A stretch of 64,000 bases of DNA, taken from Bacteroidetes bacterium GWF2_29_10 (GTDB taxonomy: Bacteria > Bacteroidota > Bacteroidia > Bacteroidales > GWE2-29-8). Below, in pieces: positions 29,677 through 40,165 of this stretch (position 1 is the first letter of the stretch; each line of letters begins with the position of its first letter). The notes beneath the pieces are model-generated. The model was not told the origin of the DNA, did not search any database, and saw only the letters and a program-made list of their open reading frames with translations. The stretch lies in NCBI GenBank assembly GCA_001768555.1, contig MEOD01000055.1, positions 27,473-91,472 of the forward strand, given 5' to 3'. The position numbers were made by a program, and so were the translations under genes.

Positions 29677-31941
29677 TTAGAATAACTCTACGGAAATGTT
29701 TTGAACGAACATAGAGTATGTCGATTGCTTATTTAATTGAGCTTCAGCAATTGTTATTAAAACTGATATTAATTCGCCAGATTTAGTTTTAATGTTAACT
29801 TCTGTGCGAGTTCCAATAAAGCTTCGAAGATAGTCATTGATAATGTCCTTATCATCATCATACACATCACTTGGAAAAAGCATCCTCATGCTTTCTCCAA
29901 TGACTTCTTCTTTTTTTGTTTCCCAAATATCTTCAGCAGCTTTATTGAAAAACTCAATAATTCCTTTTGAATTAAAAGAAACTATAGCATCAAGAAATCC
30001 TTCAAGTATTCTTTCATTTTTAATCTTAATGTTCTCAATTTCCTTAAATTGCAACAGCATTTCTTCTTTTGTTTCTTGTAATTTTCTAGCTAGTTCTACT
30101 TGGGATTGTTTTAGTTTTTCATCTCTAATCTTAAGTTCTTCATTTTGCTTGAGAGATTCAATTTCAAGTAGTTTTTGCTCTGTAACATCATTTGCAATTA
30201 AGAATATTTTGGATATCTCACCGTATATATCTTTAATAGGGACAATTGTTGAGTGTAACCATACCTCTTTATCATTGCTTGTTAGAAATTTCATTTGTCC
30301 TTTATAATTGCTACCAACAATAATATCTTCCCAAACTTTGTTAAAAGTAGTTAATTCTTCAGGAGCTATGAACTTAAATATTCTTTTGTAACTCAATTCG
30401 GAAGGGTCGTATTTAAGAGTTTTTAAGAAAATGTCATTATAGTTTTCCAATTTCCCATTAATGTCAAACTCGCATTTTATAGCCGAAGATTCTAAAGCTT
30501 TTATTTGGCTATGGAAATCCAAATCTTTTATTTTCTGCTCAGTGGTGTCGATTCCGAGAAACAAAACTTTTTCTACGTTTCCATCCTTATCTAGAATGCA
30601 AGTCATGTTTGCTTTAGTCCATAAATCTTTAGAATCTTTACGAATAAGTTTAATATCTCCCTCGAAATTTTCTTTTCCATTTTTTAAATCATCCCAAACA
30701 TTAAGAAACAAAGTCTTATCTTTAGCATCAATAAAGTTAAATAGGCCTTTCCCATTAAGCTGATTTCCCTCAGAATATCCTAACTTTTCGATAAATTTAC
30801 GGTTTGCATAAACAAATTCACCATTTATATTAAAATCTGCTCTAATTAATGTTTGATTAACGCTGTCAGTGAATGTTTCTAAAAGTTTGCTTTGTTTCTC
30901 AGCTTCTTCTTGTATTGCTTGAAGTTCTTCCATGTTTTGACGCATCTCTTCTTCTTGTTGCGCCATTTTGAAAGCTTGATCTTGAGACTCCATTAAAAGT
31001 TTTGCAGTTCGAACATTAGTTTTTACACTAGAAATAGTTGTTGCAATACTTTCTGCTAATCTTTCGATTAATTCTATTTCGAAAGTTTCATAAGTTTTAA
31101 AGGAAGCAATTTCAATAGCACCATATACGATGTTGTTCACTTTAAGAGGAACAATTAATATAGAGCTAGGGTTGGATTCTCCTAACCCTGATGTAATATT
31201 GACATAATCTTGAGGAACTTCAGTCATGTATATAGTGTCCATTTCAAAAATAGCACCACCAACAAGTCCTTCTCCCCATTCAATTCTTTTTGTTAAATAT
31301 TTCTTTTTTTCATAAGCAAAGCATGCAATTAGTTCAATATATTTGTCATCAGTATGGTCATCATTAATCATGAAAAATCCACCTTGGTTTGCTTTCATAT
31401 ACTTTACTAAGTTATAAATGATGTCATAAGAAAGCAAGTCCACGTTGTCATTATTAAGTCTGAGAATTTCACCAAATTTAGCTAATCCTTCCGTAGTCCA
31501 ATTTCGTTGATTATCCTCTTTGCGTCTTTTTTCTTCTTCGTCCTTATTTCTTGCAATATTATCCCTTAAACTTAATAATGCGTCATTAAGCTTATTGTCT
31601 TGTTCCATTTTGAGATATTCATTGTTAACGTATCCTGTTTTTAGTTTGTCAATGAATTTTAGTATTTTATCTTCTTCTCTTATGAATTTCTTTTTGCATT
31701 CAATATGTTTGTTTCTATGGTAATCTAATACAAATCCAAAAAATATAAATATAAAAGGAAATATATATATAAAGGCTATAAATGGGTTTTGTTGATTTAA
31801 TAAAATTAAATTATTAGCACTAAATCCTAACTTATTAGTAAAAAGAGCCAATAATATAGAAAAATAAGTAATTAACAAACCTATAAATGTAAATACGAGT
31901 GTAAAAACATAATTCTTTATAGAAGCCTCTAATATTTTCAT
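29677..31941 (-). CDS. membrane-anchored GAF - coiled coil - 3x PAS signalling protein (no output domain)
   Basis: Two N-terminal TM helices, GAF motifs (YVNITSGLG, IVPLKV, GAIEIASF), the coil QQEEEMRQNMEELQAIQEE, then three PAS-like repeats. It is the last gene of the che-like operon. Confidence 0.7.
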   Translation of the reverse strand: MKILEASIKNYVFTLVFTFIGLLITYFSILLALFTNKLGFSANNLILLNQQNPFIAFIYIFPFIFIFFGFVLDYHRNKHIECKKKFIREEDKILKFIDKLKTGYVNNEYLKMEQDNKLNDALLSLRDNIARNKDEEEKRRKEDNQRNWTTEGLAKFGEILRLNNDNVDLLSYDIIYNLVKYMKANQGGFFMINDDHTDDKYIELIACFAYEKKKYLTKRIEWGEGLVGGAIFEMDTIYMTEVPQDYVNITSGLGESNPSSILIVPLKVNNIVYGAIEIASFKTYETFEIELIERLAESIATTISSVKTNVRTAKLLMESQDQAFKMAQQEEEMRQNMEELQAIQEEAEKQSKLLETFTDSVNQTLIRADFNINGEFVYANRKFIEKLGYSEGNQLNGKGLFNFIDAKDKTLFLNVWDDLKNGKENFEGDIKLIRKDSKDLWTKANMTCILDKDGNVEKVLFLGIDTTEQKIKDLDFHSQIKALESSAIKCEFDINGKLENYNDIFLKTLKYDPSELSYKRIFKFIAPEELTTFNKVWEDIIVGSNYKGQMKFLTSNDKEVWLHSTIVPIKDIYGEISKIFLIANDVTEQKLLEIESLKQNEELKIRDEKLKQSQVELARKLQETKEEMLLQFKEIENIKIKNERILEGFLDAIVSFNSKGIIEFFNKAAEDIWETKKEEVIGESMRMLFPSDVYDDDKDIINDYLRSFIGTRTEVNIKTKSGELISVLITIAEAQLNKQSTYSMFVQNISVELF

Positions 31942-31944
31942 AAT

Positions 31945-33036
31945 TTATAAATTATTATATTGATTTTTCAAAACGAAGCCTGCTAATTGCTCTAAAGGCA
32001 ATATTTTATCTGCAGCATTTAATTTTACAGCTTCCTTTGGCATTCCATAAACAACACAAGATTTCTCATCCTGAGCAACAGTCATCGCTCCAGATTGTTT
32101 CATCTCTAATAATCCTTTAGCTCCATCGTCGCCCATTCCAGTCATTATTATACCAATTGAATTTCTGCCTGCATATCTAGCAGTTGAACGAAATAATACA
32201 TCAACAGAAGGACGGTGTCTATTAACAAGCGGTCCATCTTTAACTTCTACATAATATCGAGCTCCACTTCTTTTTAATAACATATGTTTATTCCCAGGCG
32301 CAATTAACGCCCGTCCTCTAATTATTGTATCATTATCTTCAGCCTCTTTTACGGTAATTTTACATAATTGGTTTAGTCTATTTGCAAAAGAACGAGTAAA
32401 ATTTTCAGGCATGTGTTGAACAATGACTATTCCAGGCGAGTCTCCAGGCAGGTTTTCGAGGAATACTTTTAAAGCTTCTGTTCCTCCAGTTGAAGCTCCA
32501 ACAGCGACAACCAATTCTGTAGTTTTTAACATACTGCTATTATTGTTTGTGCTAGCAGCAATAACAACATCAGCTGAGTATTTAGGAGCAACACTAACAG
32601 GAGCATTTGTAACAAAATGCTTATGTTTTATACGAGCCATTGATGCAGCTTTTACAACATCGCAGAGTCTTATTTTAGATTCTTCAAAAAACTCTTTTGT
32701 ATATAACTGAGGTTTTGTTATTATTTCAATAGCTCCATACTCCAATGCTTTAATTGCAGTTTCTGTTCCTTCATTTGTTAAACTTGAAATTATAACTACA
32801 GGAATTGGGTGTTGACTCATGATTTTTTTTAAGAAGGTCAATCCATCCATTCGAGGCATTTCTACATCTAATGTGATAACATCAGGCACTTCGTTTTGGA
32901 TAATCTTTGCGGCAAAATACGGATCAGACGCAGTATCCATAACCTCAATGTTTGGATCAGAATTAAGAATTTGGGTTAGTGCTTGTCGCACCATTGCAGA
33001 GTCATCAACGACTAATACTTTAATTTTCTTTTTCAT
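31945..33036 (-). CDS. cheB: chemotaxis response regulator protein-glutamate methylesterase CheB
   Basis: REC domain ([18 protein letters not shown]) plus an esterase triad context ([24 protein letters not shown]). Its ATG overlaps the upstream stop (TAATG). Confidence 0.9.
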   Translation of the reverse strand: MKKKIKVLVVDDSAMVRQALTQILNSDPNIEVMDTASDPYFAAKIIQNEVPDVITLDVEMPRMDGLTFLKKIMSQHPIPVVIISSLTNEGTETAIKALEYGAIEIITKPQLYTKEFFEESKIRLCDVVKAASMARIKHKHFVTNAPVSVAPKYSADVVIAASTNNNSSMLKTTELVVAVGASTGGTEALKVFLENLPGDSPGIVIVQHMPENFTRSFANRLNQLCKITVKEAEDNDTIIRGRALIAPGNKHMLLKRSGARYYVEVKDGPLVNRHRPSVDVLFRSTARYAGRNSIGIIMTGMGDDGAKGLLEMKQSGAMTVAQDEKSCVVYGMPKEAVKLNAADKILPLEQLAGFVLKNQYNNL

Positions 33037-34118
33037 TAATTAAAATTTTCGTTAATATTATCATTTTCCAAACTTAAATTTTGTTGTTCTTTGATATTCT
33101 GAATAACTTTTTGAAGATCTTTAACACTATCGAATGCAAGAATTAGTTTTTTGTTTTTTTCGTTTAAATCTTCTGAATCCTTTGACAACTGACATTCTAT
33201 TTTGCCACCTTTTTCTATGAAATTAAGTATTTGTTTTAATGATTTTTGAACGATTAAAAATACTTCTTCTTTGTCATTTTCATTAGTCCATCCATAATCA
33301 TTCATAAGTTCAGACACAACGTTTTCTGTAGCTTGATTTATGGTTATAGATACTTCATCTTCAAAAAGCTCCGATATTTCTTGATTTAGTTGCATGCTTA
33401 CAGTTTCGTATTGCAATTGTCTAATTCTTAATACTTTTTTGTATATTTCAACAATATTAGAAGTTCCTTTTGACAATGCTTTTAATATTTCATCACCATC
33501 ATTTATATTTAAAACTATAGCGTTTTTATCAATGTTTCTAACAATAGCATCTTGTATTTCATTTTTAGTAAGCCTGCAAAAAGACTTTAATATGTTATCC
33601 CAAATACGTGTGTATTTTTCGACATCAGTAATGTATTTAATGTGAGTTTTATCTTCAAAAAATAAGTATAATGTAGTTCTACATTCGTTTGTTTCATCTG
33701 TTTGAATTTCAATTAAAGGTGAAATTATTTGTATTAAATATGGAATTTGTTCTTCGAATTTGATTATTCCCGTTTGGATTTCAACTAGATTGTTTTTTAT
33801 TAATAAAGGATTAGCTTGATATTTGTCGAAAATATAGCTGATTTTTTCAGCTCCAATTATTCCGAAGAAACTGTTTTTTTCGATAAGCTTATATACATTA
33901 AACTTAGAATATCCCCAATCATTGGGTTCTATGTTTTTTAATATTTCAATAATTTCTTGCTTTTTATTAGCAATTTTCTCTATGTAGTCACTATTATCAG
34001 CATTATTAATAACCTCGTTAAGGTGATTAATTAAAGTTTCAAAATGATGAGTTAAGTTATTCTTCTCAATACTTTTGTTTATGTATTCAAGAACATTTTT
34101 TAAAATTGCTGTTTGCAT
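33036..34118 (-). CDS. hypothetical protein embedded in che operon
   Basis: 360-aa ORF translationally coupled to cheB (TAATG overlap). No domain was recognised. Confidence 0.5.
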   Translation of the reverse strand: MQTAILKNVLEYINKSIEKNNLTHHFETLINHLNEVINNADNSDYIEKIANKKQEIIEILKNIEPNDWGYSKFNVYKLIEKNSFFGIIGAEKISYIFDKYQANPLLIKNNLVEIQTGIIKFEEQIPYLIQIISPLIEIQTDETNECRTTLYLFFEDKTHIKYITDVEKYTRIWDNILKSFCRLTKNEIQDAIVRNIDKNAIVLNINDGDEILKALSKGTSNIVEIYKKVLRIRQLQYETVSMQLNQEISELFEDEVSITINQATENVVSELMNDYGWTNENDKEEVFLIVQKSLKQILNFIEKGGKIECQLSKDSEDLNEKNKKLILAFDSVKDLQKVIQNIKEQQNLSLENDNINENFN

Positions 34119-34167
34119 AATTGTTTAGTTTTAATTATTTTTAAATATAAAATAAATAATCAATACA

Positions 34168-34632
34168 TTAAAATTTTTCTATAAATCGCATTCCAACTTC
34201 ACCTGTAAAAGTGTTATATAATATTTTCCTGCCTAATTTTCCTCCAACGCTTCTACTAACAATTGGAATCTTTTCCGATTCAAGCATTTCTTTTGCTACA
34301 CTAATATTTCTTTCGCCTATTTGAAATGTATTTACTTTTGTTTCAATTATTTCTCCTCCTCCAAATAATTTAGCTTTAATATTGCTTATTTGGCTACCAT
34401 TAGATGTCATTTTTTCAATAAGCTTTATTATAGCAATGTTCCCATATTTTGGGGAAGCCAACTCTTGCCCATTCCATAATGGTAACATATAGTGATTAAT
34501 TCCTCCTACTTGCAAAACTGGATCATATAAACAGACAGACACGCATGAACCTAGTATTGTGCTTACGATGTGAGGTTTTCTACTCATAAATAAATTTGAT
34601 GGATATAAGTAATGTTTTTCATAATTTTCCAT
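34168..34632 (-). CDS. cheD: chemoreceptor glutamine deamidase CheD
   Basis: LGSCVSVCLYD (catalytic Cys context) and GINHYMLP (His). Confidence 0.8.
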   Translation of the reverse strand: MENYEKHYLYPSNLFMSRKPHIVSTILGSCVSVCLYDPVLQVGGINHYMLPLWNGQELASPKYGNIAIIKLIEKMTSNGSQISNIKAKLFGGGEIIETKVNTFQIGERNISVAKEMLESEKIPIVSRSVGGKLGRKILYNTFTGEVGMRFIEKF

Positions 34633-34641
34633 ACCATTTTT

Positions 34642-35550
34642 TTATAATATAATATTATCTTCACCAAACTTAAAATCGTCAAATTCATTATTGTCATTGT
34701 ATATACTTGTTTCTTTTTCTGCTTCAGGAATAGATATGAAAAAACTAGAACCATTGTTGAGATCACTTACTATATCTATTTTTCCATTAAGGATTTCTAA
34801 AAAAGCTTTAACTATAGACAACCCTAATCCATGACCAGGATTAATAGAGTTAATATTATTGTTAATTTTTTTAAACCTATCAAAAATAATAAGTTTATCA
34901 CTTTCAGAAATACCTATTCCATTATCAATAACACATATAGACAGAATTTTCTTTTTCACACTAACTTTTAGAGATATTTCGCCATTTTCGTTGTTGAATT
35001 TTATTGCATTACTAACTAAATTTGATAACATCAACTTTAGTTTATCTGCATCTGTGTTAAAATAAAAAGTTTTAGTATTTTCATGATTTACATCAAAATC
35101 AAATTTCATACTAATATTCTTTTTGATTGCTTCATGATTAAATGCATCAATTACAGATTGTATCAATTGTATAACATCTGTATGGTTTGTTTCCATATTT
35201 ATTTCGCCTGCTTCAATTTTCGCAGCACTAAATATGTTCTTTAATTGAAAATCTAAATTAAAAGCCTCAGAATGAATAAGAGAAACCATAGAACGAACTT
35301 TATCCCAGTTGTTCTCCTTAACAGATAGTATGTTACGAGACAATCCTAGAATTGAAGCAAAAGGATTTATTATTTCATTTGTTATGTTTGAAATAAAATG
35401 ACCTTTCATTGATTCTGATTCCTCTAACTTTTTATTAAGTTCTATAAGTTGCTTTGTTAAAGTTTTTTGTTCTTCTAAAGAAATTTTGTTTTCATTACAT
35501 CGTCTCTGTAATTCAGATATTAATTCTTCATCTGTTAATAATTTATCCAT
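34642..35550 (-). CDS. soluble histidine-kinase-like protein (coiled coil + degenerate HisKA + HATPase_c)
   Basis: N box (NLVSNAIKFN), G1 (DNGIGI) and G2 (GHGLGLSIVK) are intact. The H-box reads FISNITNEIINPF, with Asn where the phospho-His is expected. Confidence 0.75.
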   Translation of the reverse strand: MDKLLTDEELISELQRRCNENKISLEEQKTLTKQLIELNKKLEESESMKGHFISNITNEIINPFASILGLSRNILSVKENNWDKVRSMVSLIHSEAFNLDFQLKNIFSAAKIEAGEINMETNHTDVIQLIQSVIDAFNHEAIKKNISMKFDFDVNHENTKTFYFNTDADKLKLMLSNLVSNAIKFNNENGEISLKVSVKKKILSICVIDNGIGISESDKLIIFDRFKKINNNINSINPGHGLGLSIVKAFLEILNGKIDIVSDLNNGSSFFISIPEAEKETSIYNDNNEFDDFKFGEDNIIL

Positions 35551-35574
35551 ATCTTTATTTTTAATGTTTTATTC

Positions 35575-36456
35575 TTAATCTTCTTCTTTTGCAAAAATTG
35601 TTGGTTTAATATGTTTCAATGGAACTTTCATATTTGTTATAGACTCTGAATGACCTAAAAAAAAGTAACCGCCTGTTTTTAATTTTGAAGCCAACTTATT
35701 TATTACACTTTCTTGCGTGTCCCTATCAAAATATATCAAAACGTTACGACAAAAAATTATATCAAAAAGTTCGTTTACACTTGAATAATTTGAATCCATA
35801 AAATTCAAACGTTCAAATTTTACTTTATTTCTTAATTCTGTAACAACTCTAACCGTCTTTTTTATTCTGTCCTTACTTTTTAGAAAATATTTAGATTTTA
35901 ATTCAATAGGAATATCTGATATTCTATCTTCTCCATAAACGGCTATCATTGCCTTATTTAATATTCTTGAAGATATGTCTGTCCCATAAATAGAAAAATC
36001 AAAATTCGGATTTTTTTTTGCAAATTCGGTTAATACAATTGCCAAAGTATAGGGCTCTTCTCCACTAGAACAACCTGCACTCCATACTTTTAAAACCCTT
36101 TTCCCTGAATAATAATTAATAAATTCAGGCAATATAACTTGTGTTAAGTGCTCAAAATGTGTAGGTTCCCTAAAAAAATCTGTTTTATTTGTAGTAACAA
36201 TATCCATAAGATTTGTTAATTCATTAGCTTGGCCTTCTTTACTAAACACATAACTAATATATTCAGCATATGAAGCAAAATTAAGTTCACTTAATCGTTT
36301 TTGCAATCGACTTTGTAACATTAACTTTTTTACGTCTGGCATTTTAATTCCTAATGTAGTATATATAAATTTACTTAATTTATCAAAATCAGCATTTGTC
36401 ATTTGTGCCTTGTAAATGTTTGATATTTTTTGTAAATCGTTTGAATATTCTGTCAT
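35575..36456 (-). CDS. cheR: chemotaxis protein methyltransferase CheR (full length)
   Basis: N-terminal helical domain plus the SAM domain motifs TDFFREP, VWSAGCSSGEEPYTLAI and IFCRNVLIYFD. Confidence 0.9.
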   Translation of the reverse strand: MTEYSNDLQKISNIYKAQMTNADFDKLSKFIYTTLGIKMPDVKKLMLQSRLQKRLSELNFASYAEYISYVFSKEGQANELTNLMDIVTTNKTDFFREPTHFEHLTQVILPEFINYYSGKRVLKVWSAGCSSGEEPYTLAIVLTEFAKKNPNFDFSIYGTDISSRILNKAMIAVYGEDRISDIPIELKSKYFLKSKDRIKKTVRVVTELRNKVKFERLNFMDSNYSSVNELFDIIFCRNVLIYFDRDTQESVINKLASKLKTGGYFFLGHSESITNMKVPLKHIKPTIFAKEED

Positions 36457-36581
36457 AACTAAAAATTTAAGATAATTTGAGATTATAATACTAGAAAAAA
36501 TGTCTAATATTTTCTTTTTGTTTTATTTCATTAGATTTTAATTTCTTATAATTTAGTATTTCCTTTTTAATAGTGTTATTC

Positions 36582-37187
36582 TTATTTTGTTATCTTTTTA
36601 AAAATTTGAGCGTTTGTTTGCATTGGAGTAAAATAATCGGTCAGTTCTTCTGGCATTTTTTGAGTATGTTCCGTTGCAAATAATCCTCCTTCAGATAAAG
36701 CTGTGTGAAACATTTTTATAACATCTACTCTTTCCTTTGCAGAAAGATGTAACAATACATTTTTACATAATATAAGACTTAATTCTGTGCCTATAGGATT
36801 TAGTTTTGTTAAATCTTCTCGTTTGTATATTATTTTAGATCTAAGATCTTCACTAATTTGAAACTTTTCATTGCCTATATTTGTAAAGTGTTTTTTTAAT
36901 ATTTCTGTAGGTATTCTTTGCAATTCATTATATGGATAAATCCCATTTTTTATTATATCTTCAAATTGATTACTAATGTCTATATCTGTTGCATAAATTT
37001 TAACATTTTTAAATGAGAACTTGCCCATCTTTTCAGATAAAAGAATAGCTAAAGAATAAGGCTCTGGTCCAAAAGCACAACCTGCATCCCATATTTTTAT
37101 ATTACTTCGCCCAGATATAAAGGTGTTTAAATGTTCAATAATAAGTTCTAATGTCTGTAAATCTCTAAAAAAATATGTAAATGCCAT
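36582..37187 (-). CDS. CheR-like SAM methyltransferase lacking the N-terminal receptor-recognition domain
   Basis: It starts directly at the FFRD motif (MAFTYFFRD). It has IWDAGCAFGPEPYSLAI and ILCKNVLLHLS. 201 aa. Confidence 0.7.
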   Translation of the reverse strand: MAFTYFFRDLQTLELIIEHLNTFISGRSNIKIWDAGCAFGPEPYSLAILLSEKMGKFSFKNVKIYATDIDISNQFEDIIKNGIYPYNELQRIPTEILKKHFTNIGNEKFQISEDLRSKIIYKREDLTKLNPIGTELSLILCKNVLLHLSAKERVDVIKMFHTALSEGGLFATEHTQKMPEELTDYFTPMQTNAQIFKKITK

Positions 37188-37204
37188 TTTGTTTGTTTTT
37201 TTTA

Positions 37205-37732
37205 TTACTCTTTAATTTCTTCTGTATTTAGTTTGTCTGCAGTTTCATTAACATTTATTAATTCGTCGGTATTAAATACGTGATCTATATTTAATATCAT
37301 AACAAAATTTTCATTTACACGATACATACCTTGTATAAAATTGGCATTATATTTTGTTCCTATTGATGGAGCGGGTTCTATATCTTCGTCATTTAACTCT
37401 AATACTTCTTTTACTGCATCAACCAATGCTCCAACCATAATACTACCTCCATCTAAATTAATATTTAGAACAATAATACATGTGTCAACAGTAATTTCTG
37501 TTATCGGTAACCCAAATTTTATTCTTAAATCAACAACGGGCAATACGTTTCCGCGCAGATTAATTACACCTTTCATATAGTCTGGCGCTTGCGGAATTTT
37601 TGTTATTGTACGCATTTCTAGAATATTAAGTACTTTATACACATTAGCTGCGAAAATCTCTTCGCTTAACCTAAATGATAGGTATGATTTAATCTCATTG
37701 GTTTTATTTACACTCATTTTTATTTCCTCCAT
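37205..37732 (-). CDS. cheW: chemotaxis coupling protein CheW
   Basis: YLSFRLSEEIFA..., ITKIPQAPDYMKGVINLRGNVLPVVDLR. 175 aa. Confidence 0.85.
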   Translation of the reverse strand: MEEIKMSVNKTNEIKSYLSFRLSEEIFAANVYKVLNILEMRTITKIPQAPDYMKGVINLRGNVLPVVDLRIKFGLPITEITVDTCIIVLNINLDGGSIMVGALVDAVKEVLELNDEDIEPAPSIGTKYNANFIQGMYRVNENFVMILNIDHVFNTDELINVNETADKLNTEEIKE

Positions 37733-37762
37733 TTTTTAGTTAATTTATTATGAAAAAATATT

Positions 37763-39796
37763 TTAATTATCAATAACCTTATTAATTATTTTTATTGGGT
37801 CAACAACCAAAGCTACTGTTCCATCACCTAGTATTGTAGCTCCAGATACAATATCTTGCTTTTTGTACATCGCTCCTAAAGGCTTTAAAACTGCTTGGTA
37901 TTGTCCAACAATAGAATCAACTACCATTCCTACTTTTGTATCATTAAATTCTATAACAACAAGACTTTCTATTTCTGGAGTAATGTCTTGCATGTCGAAC
38001 ATATCTCTGAGATAGGTATAAGATATATGTTCGCTACCTGCATAAATAATATTTGTTTTATTTTTTGCAAATACCTCATGTTTGAATTCAAAACATTTGT
38101 CAACGGAAGCTAATGGAATAACAAAATGAGAATGTTCTATTTTTACTAGCAAACCATCAATTATAGATAAAGTTAAAGGGAGTTTTACTGTTACTACTGT
38201 TCCTTTATTTATTTCGGAGGTAATATCTACCTCCCCTCTTAAATCTGTTATTTTACGCTTTACTACATCCATACCAACACCTCGACCTGAAACTTTTGTT
38301 ACTTCTTGAGCTGTTGAAAAACCTGGCAAGAAAACAAAGTCTAAAATTTCTTTTTCTGACAAAATAGAGTCATCAGTTATTAGTTGTTTTTCCAATGCCA
38401 TTTTCTTGACTTTACTTATATCAATACCTTTGCCATCATCACTAATTTGAATATAAACACTAGTTCCAGAGTAAAATGCTTTTAACTTTATTTTCCCTAC
38501 AACTTTTTTTCCCTTTGAAATTCGAGTCTCCGAATCTTCAATGCCATGGTCAATACAATTTCTAATTATATGCATTATTGGATCATTAAGACTTTCTATG
38601 ATATTTTTATCAAGTTCTGTTTCGGTTCCCTCTGTTTCAAAAACTATTTCCTTTTTCAATTCATGAGATAATTCTCTAACTAGTCTTTGGAAACGAGTAA
38701 CCATATTTTCTATAGGGATTAATCTTATGCTAAAAACATTATCCCTTAATCGTCTTGATATTTTTTCAACCTCTTCTGCAATTGAACCAATTTCAGAATC
38801 AGCATTATGTTCTGCATAAAGACTAAGACGTGCTTGAATAGTAACCAATTCACTAACCCAATCAATTAAGTCGTCAAGTTTTTCAGAAGCAACTCTTATG
38901 CTTGAAATAGTTGCTTCTCTGTTAATAAAAACATTTTCATTTCGATTATTATCTAAAACAGAAATTTCTTTGTTTATAAAATCATTTTCTATGATTTTTA
39001 TATTTGATTTAATTAAACCTATATCTATTTTATATCCATCATTATACATCTGTGTTAGGAAACTACAGAAGTTATCATCATTCATTAAATTAAAAGAAGC
39101 TAGCTCTTCTATTTTTATTTCACATTCACTATCAACAAAAATAAAAATATCTTTTATCAAATCAAATGGTTCACTTGTGCTTAAAAATACATCCCAAGCA
39201 ATATAACAACCCTCTACATCAATTTCAGAAAATTCAGGTAATCCAGAATAATTAGGAAAAGCTTTTGAAAAACCTAACAAACTAATATCGTCAATAATAA
39301 ATAAAGGATTAGTCCCATTTTTAAATATATTAACATCAGGTTTAAAATAAATATGATATGTCCTGTAATTTGAATTTATGATTTTTTGTTGAACATTCTG
39401 AACAGTATTTTTCGTCAGAACCTTATTAGATATTTGTTTTACAATTTCTAATTTTTGCTCATGAGTATGTATGAAATTCGGATTAATAGTATTCTCTTCA
39501 TTTAGTAAAGACTTAAGATGGTCAACTGCATCAAGAGTTATATTTAAAAGCTCATCATCTATTTTTATTTTATCTGTTCGGACATTATCATAAATACTTT
39601 CTAAATGATGAGTAAAATTATCTATTAAATCAAAGCCAAACATCGCACTACCTCCTTTTAGGGAATGCATAACTCTGAAAATTTTTTCTATAACATTTTT
39701 ATTTTCAAAGTCTCTTTCTAACTCTAATAAAGATTTTTCGAGGTCAGCTATCAAATCAACAGCCTCCTCTACATATTTTTTCTTAAATTGTTCCAT
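37763..39796 (-). CDS. cheA: chemotaxis histidine kinase CheA
   Basis: Hpt (MHSLKGGSAMFG), a dimerisation region, HATPase (HIIRNCIDHG, DDGKGID, GRGVGMDVV) and a C-terminal CheW-like domain. Confidence 0.9.
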   Translation of the reverse strand: MEQFKKKYVEEAVDLIADLEKSLLELERDFENKNVIEKIFRVMHSLKGGSAMFGFDLIDNFTHHLESIYDNVRTDKIKIDDELLNITLDAVDHLKSLLNEENTINPNFIHTHEQKLEIVKQISNKVLTKNTVQNVQQKIINSNYRTYHIYFKPDVNIFKNGTNPLFIIDDISLLGFSKAFPNYSGLPEFSEIDVEGCYIAWDVFLSTSEPFDLIKDIFIFVDSECEIKIEELASFNLMNDDNFCSFLTQMYNDGYKIDIGLIKSNIKIIENDFINKEISVLDNNRNENVFINREATISSIRVASEKLDDLIDWVSELVTIQARLSLYAEHNADSEIGSIAEEVEKISRRLRDNVFSIRLIPIENMVTRFQRLVRELSHELKKEIVFETEGTETELDKNIIESLNDPIMHIIRNCIDHGIEDSETRISKGKKVVGKIKLKAFYSGTSVYIQISDDGKGIDISKVKKMALEKQLITDDSILSEKEILDFVFLPGFSTAQEVTKVSGRGVGMDVVKRKITDLRGEVDITSEINKGTVVTVKLPLTLSIIDGLLVKIEHSHFVIPLASVDKCFEFKHEVFAKNKTNIIYAGSEHISYTYLRDMFDMQDITPEIESLVVIEFNDTKVGMVVDSIVGQYQAVLKPLGAMYKKQDIVSGATILGDGTVALVVDPIKIINKVIDN

Positions 39797-40161
39797 TATC
39801 TAACAACTTTATTTATTGCGGCTAATAATTTTTCTGGGACAAAAGGTTTAACAATCCACCCTGTGGCACCTGCTTCTTTTGCTTCCATCTTTTTTTCTGT
39901 CTGGGACTCTGTCGTCAAAAAAAGAATAGGGACAAATTTGTATTGCTCTTTTTGTCGTACTTCTCTTATAAGACTAATGCCATCCATAATTGGCATATGT
40001 AAATCCGTTATGATAAGATCTATATCCTTACCATCTAATAATTTTAGAGCGTCTTGACCGTCAACCCCTTTTAAAACGGAATGACCTGCTCCTTCGAGAG
40101 TAAAACTAACAACTTCTCTTATACTCTCTGAATCATCAACAATTAAGATTGTCTTTCCCAT
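39796..40161 (-). CDS. cheY: chemotaxis response regulator CheY
   Basis: Single REC domain (ILIVDDS, IITDLHMPIMDG, WIVKPF). Its stop overlaps the cheA ATG (TAATG). Confidence 0.85.
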   Translation of the reverse strand: MGKTILIVDDSESIREVVSFTLEGAGHSVLKGVDGQDALKLLDGKDIDLIITDLHMPIMDGISLIREVRQKEQYKFVPILFLTTESQTEKKMEAKEAGATGWIVKPFVPEKLLAAINKVVR

Positions 40162-40165
40162 ATTA

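Noticed and set aside
29837-30307. 156-aa plus-strand ORF, and similar ORFs at 30461-30763 and 31520-31723, antisense to the GAF-PAS gene
   Set aside because: These are Ser/Leu/Phe-rich shadow frames of an AT-rich, Glu/Lys-rich gene on the other strand. They have no motifs and are fully nested in a well-supported CDS.
39788-40057. 89-aa plus-strand ORF overlapping cheY
   Set aside because: It is antisense to a receiver domain with all conserved Asp/Lys positions, and has no independent support.
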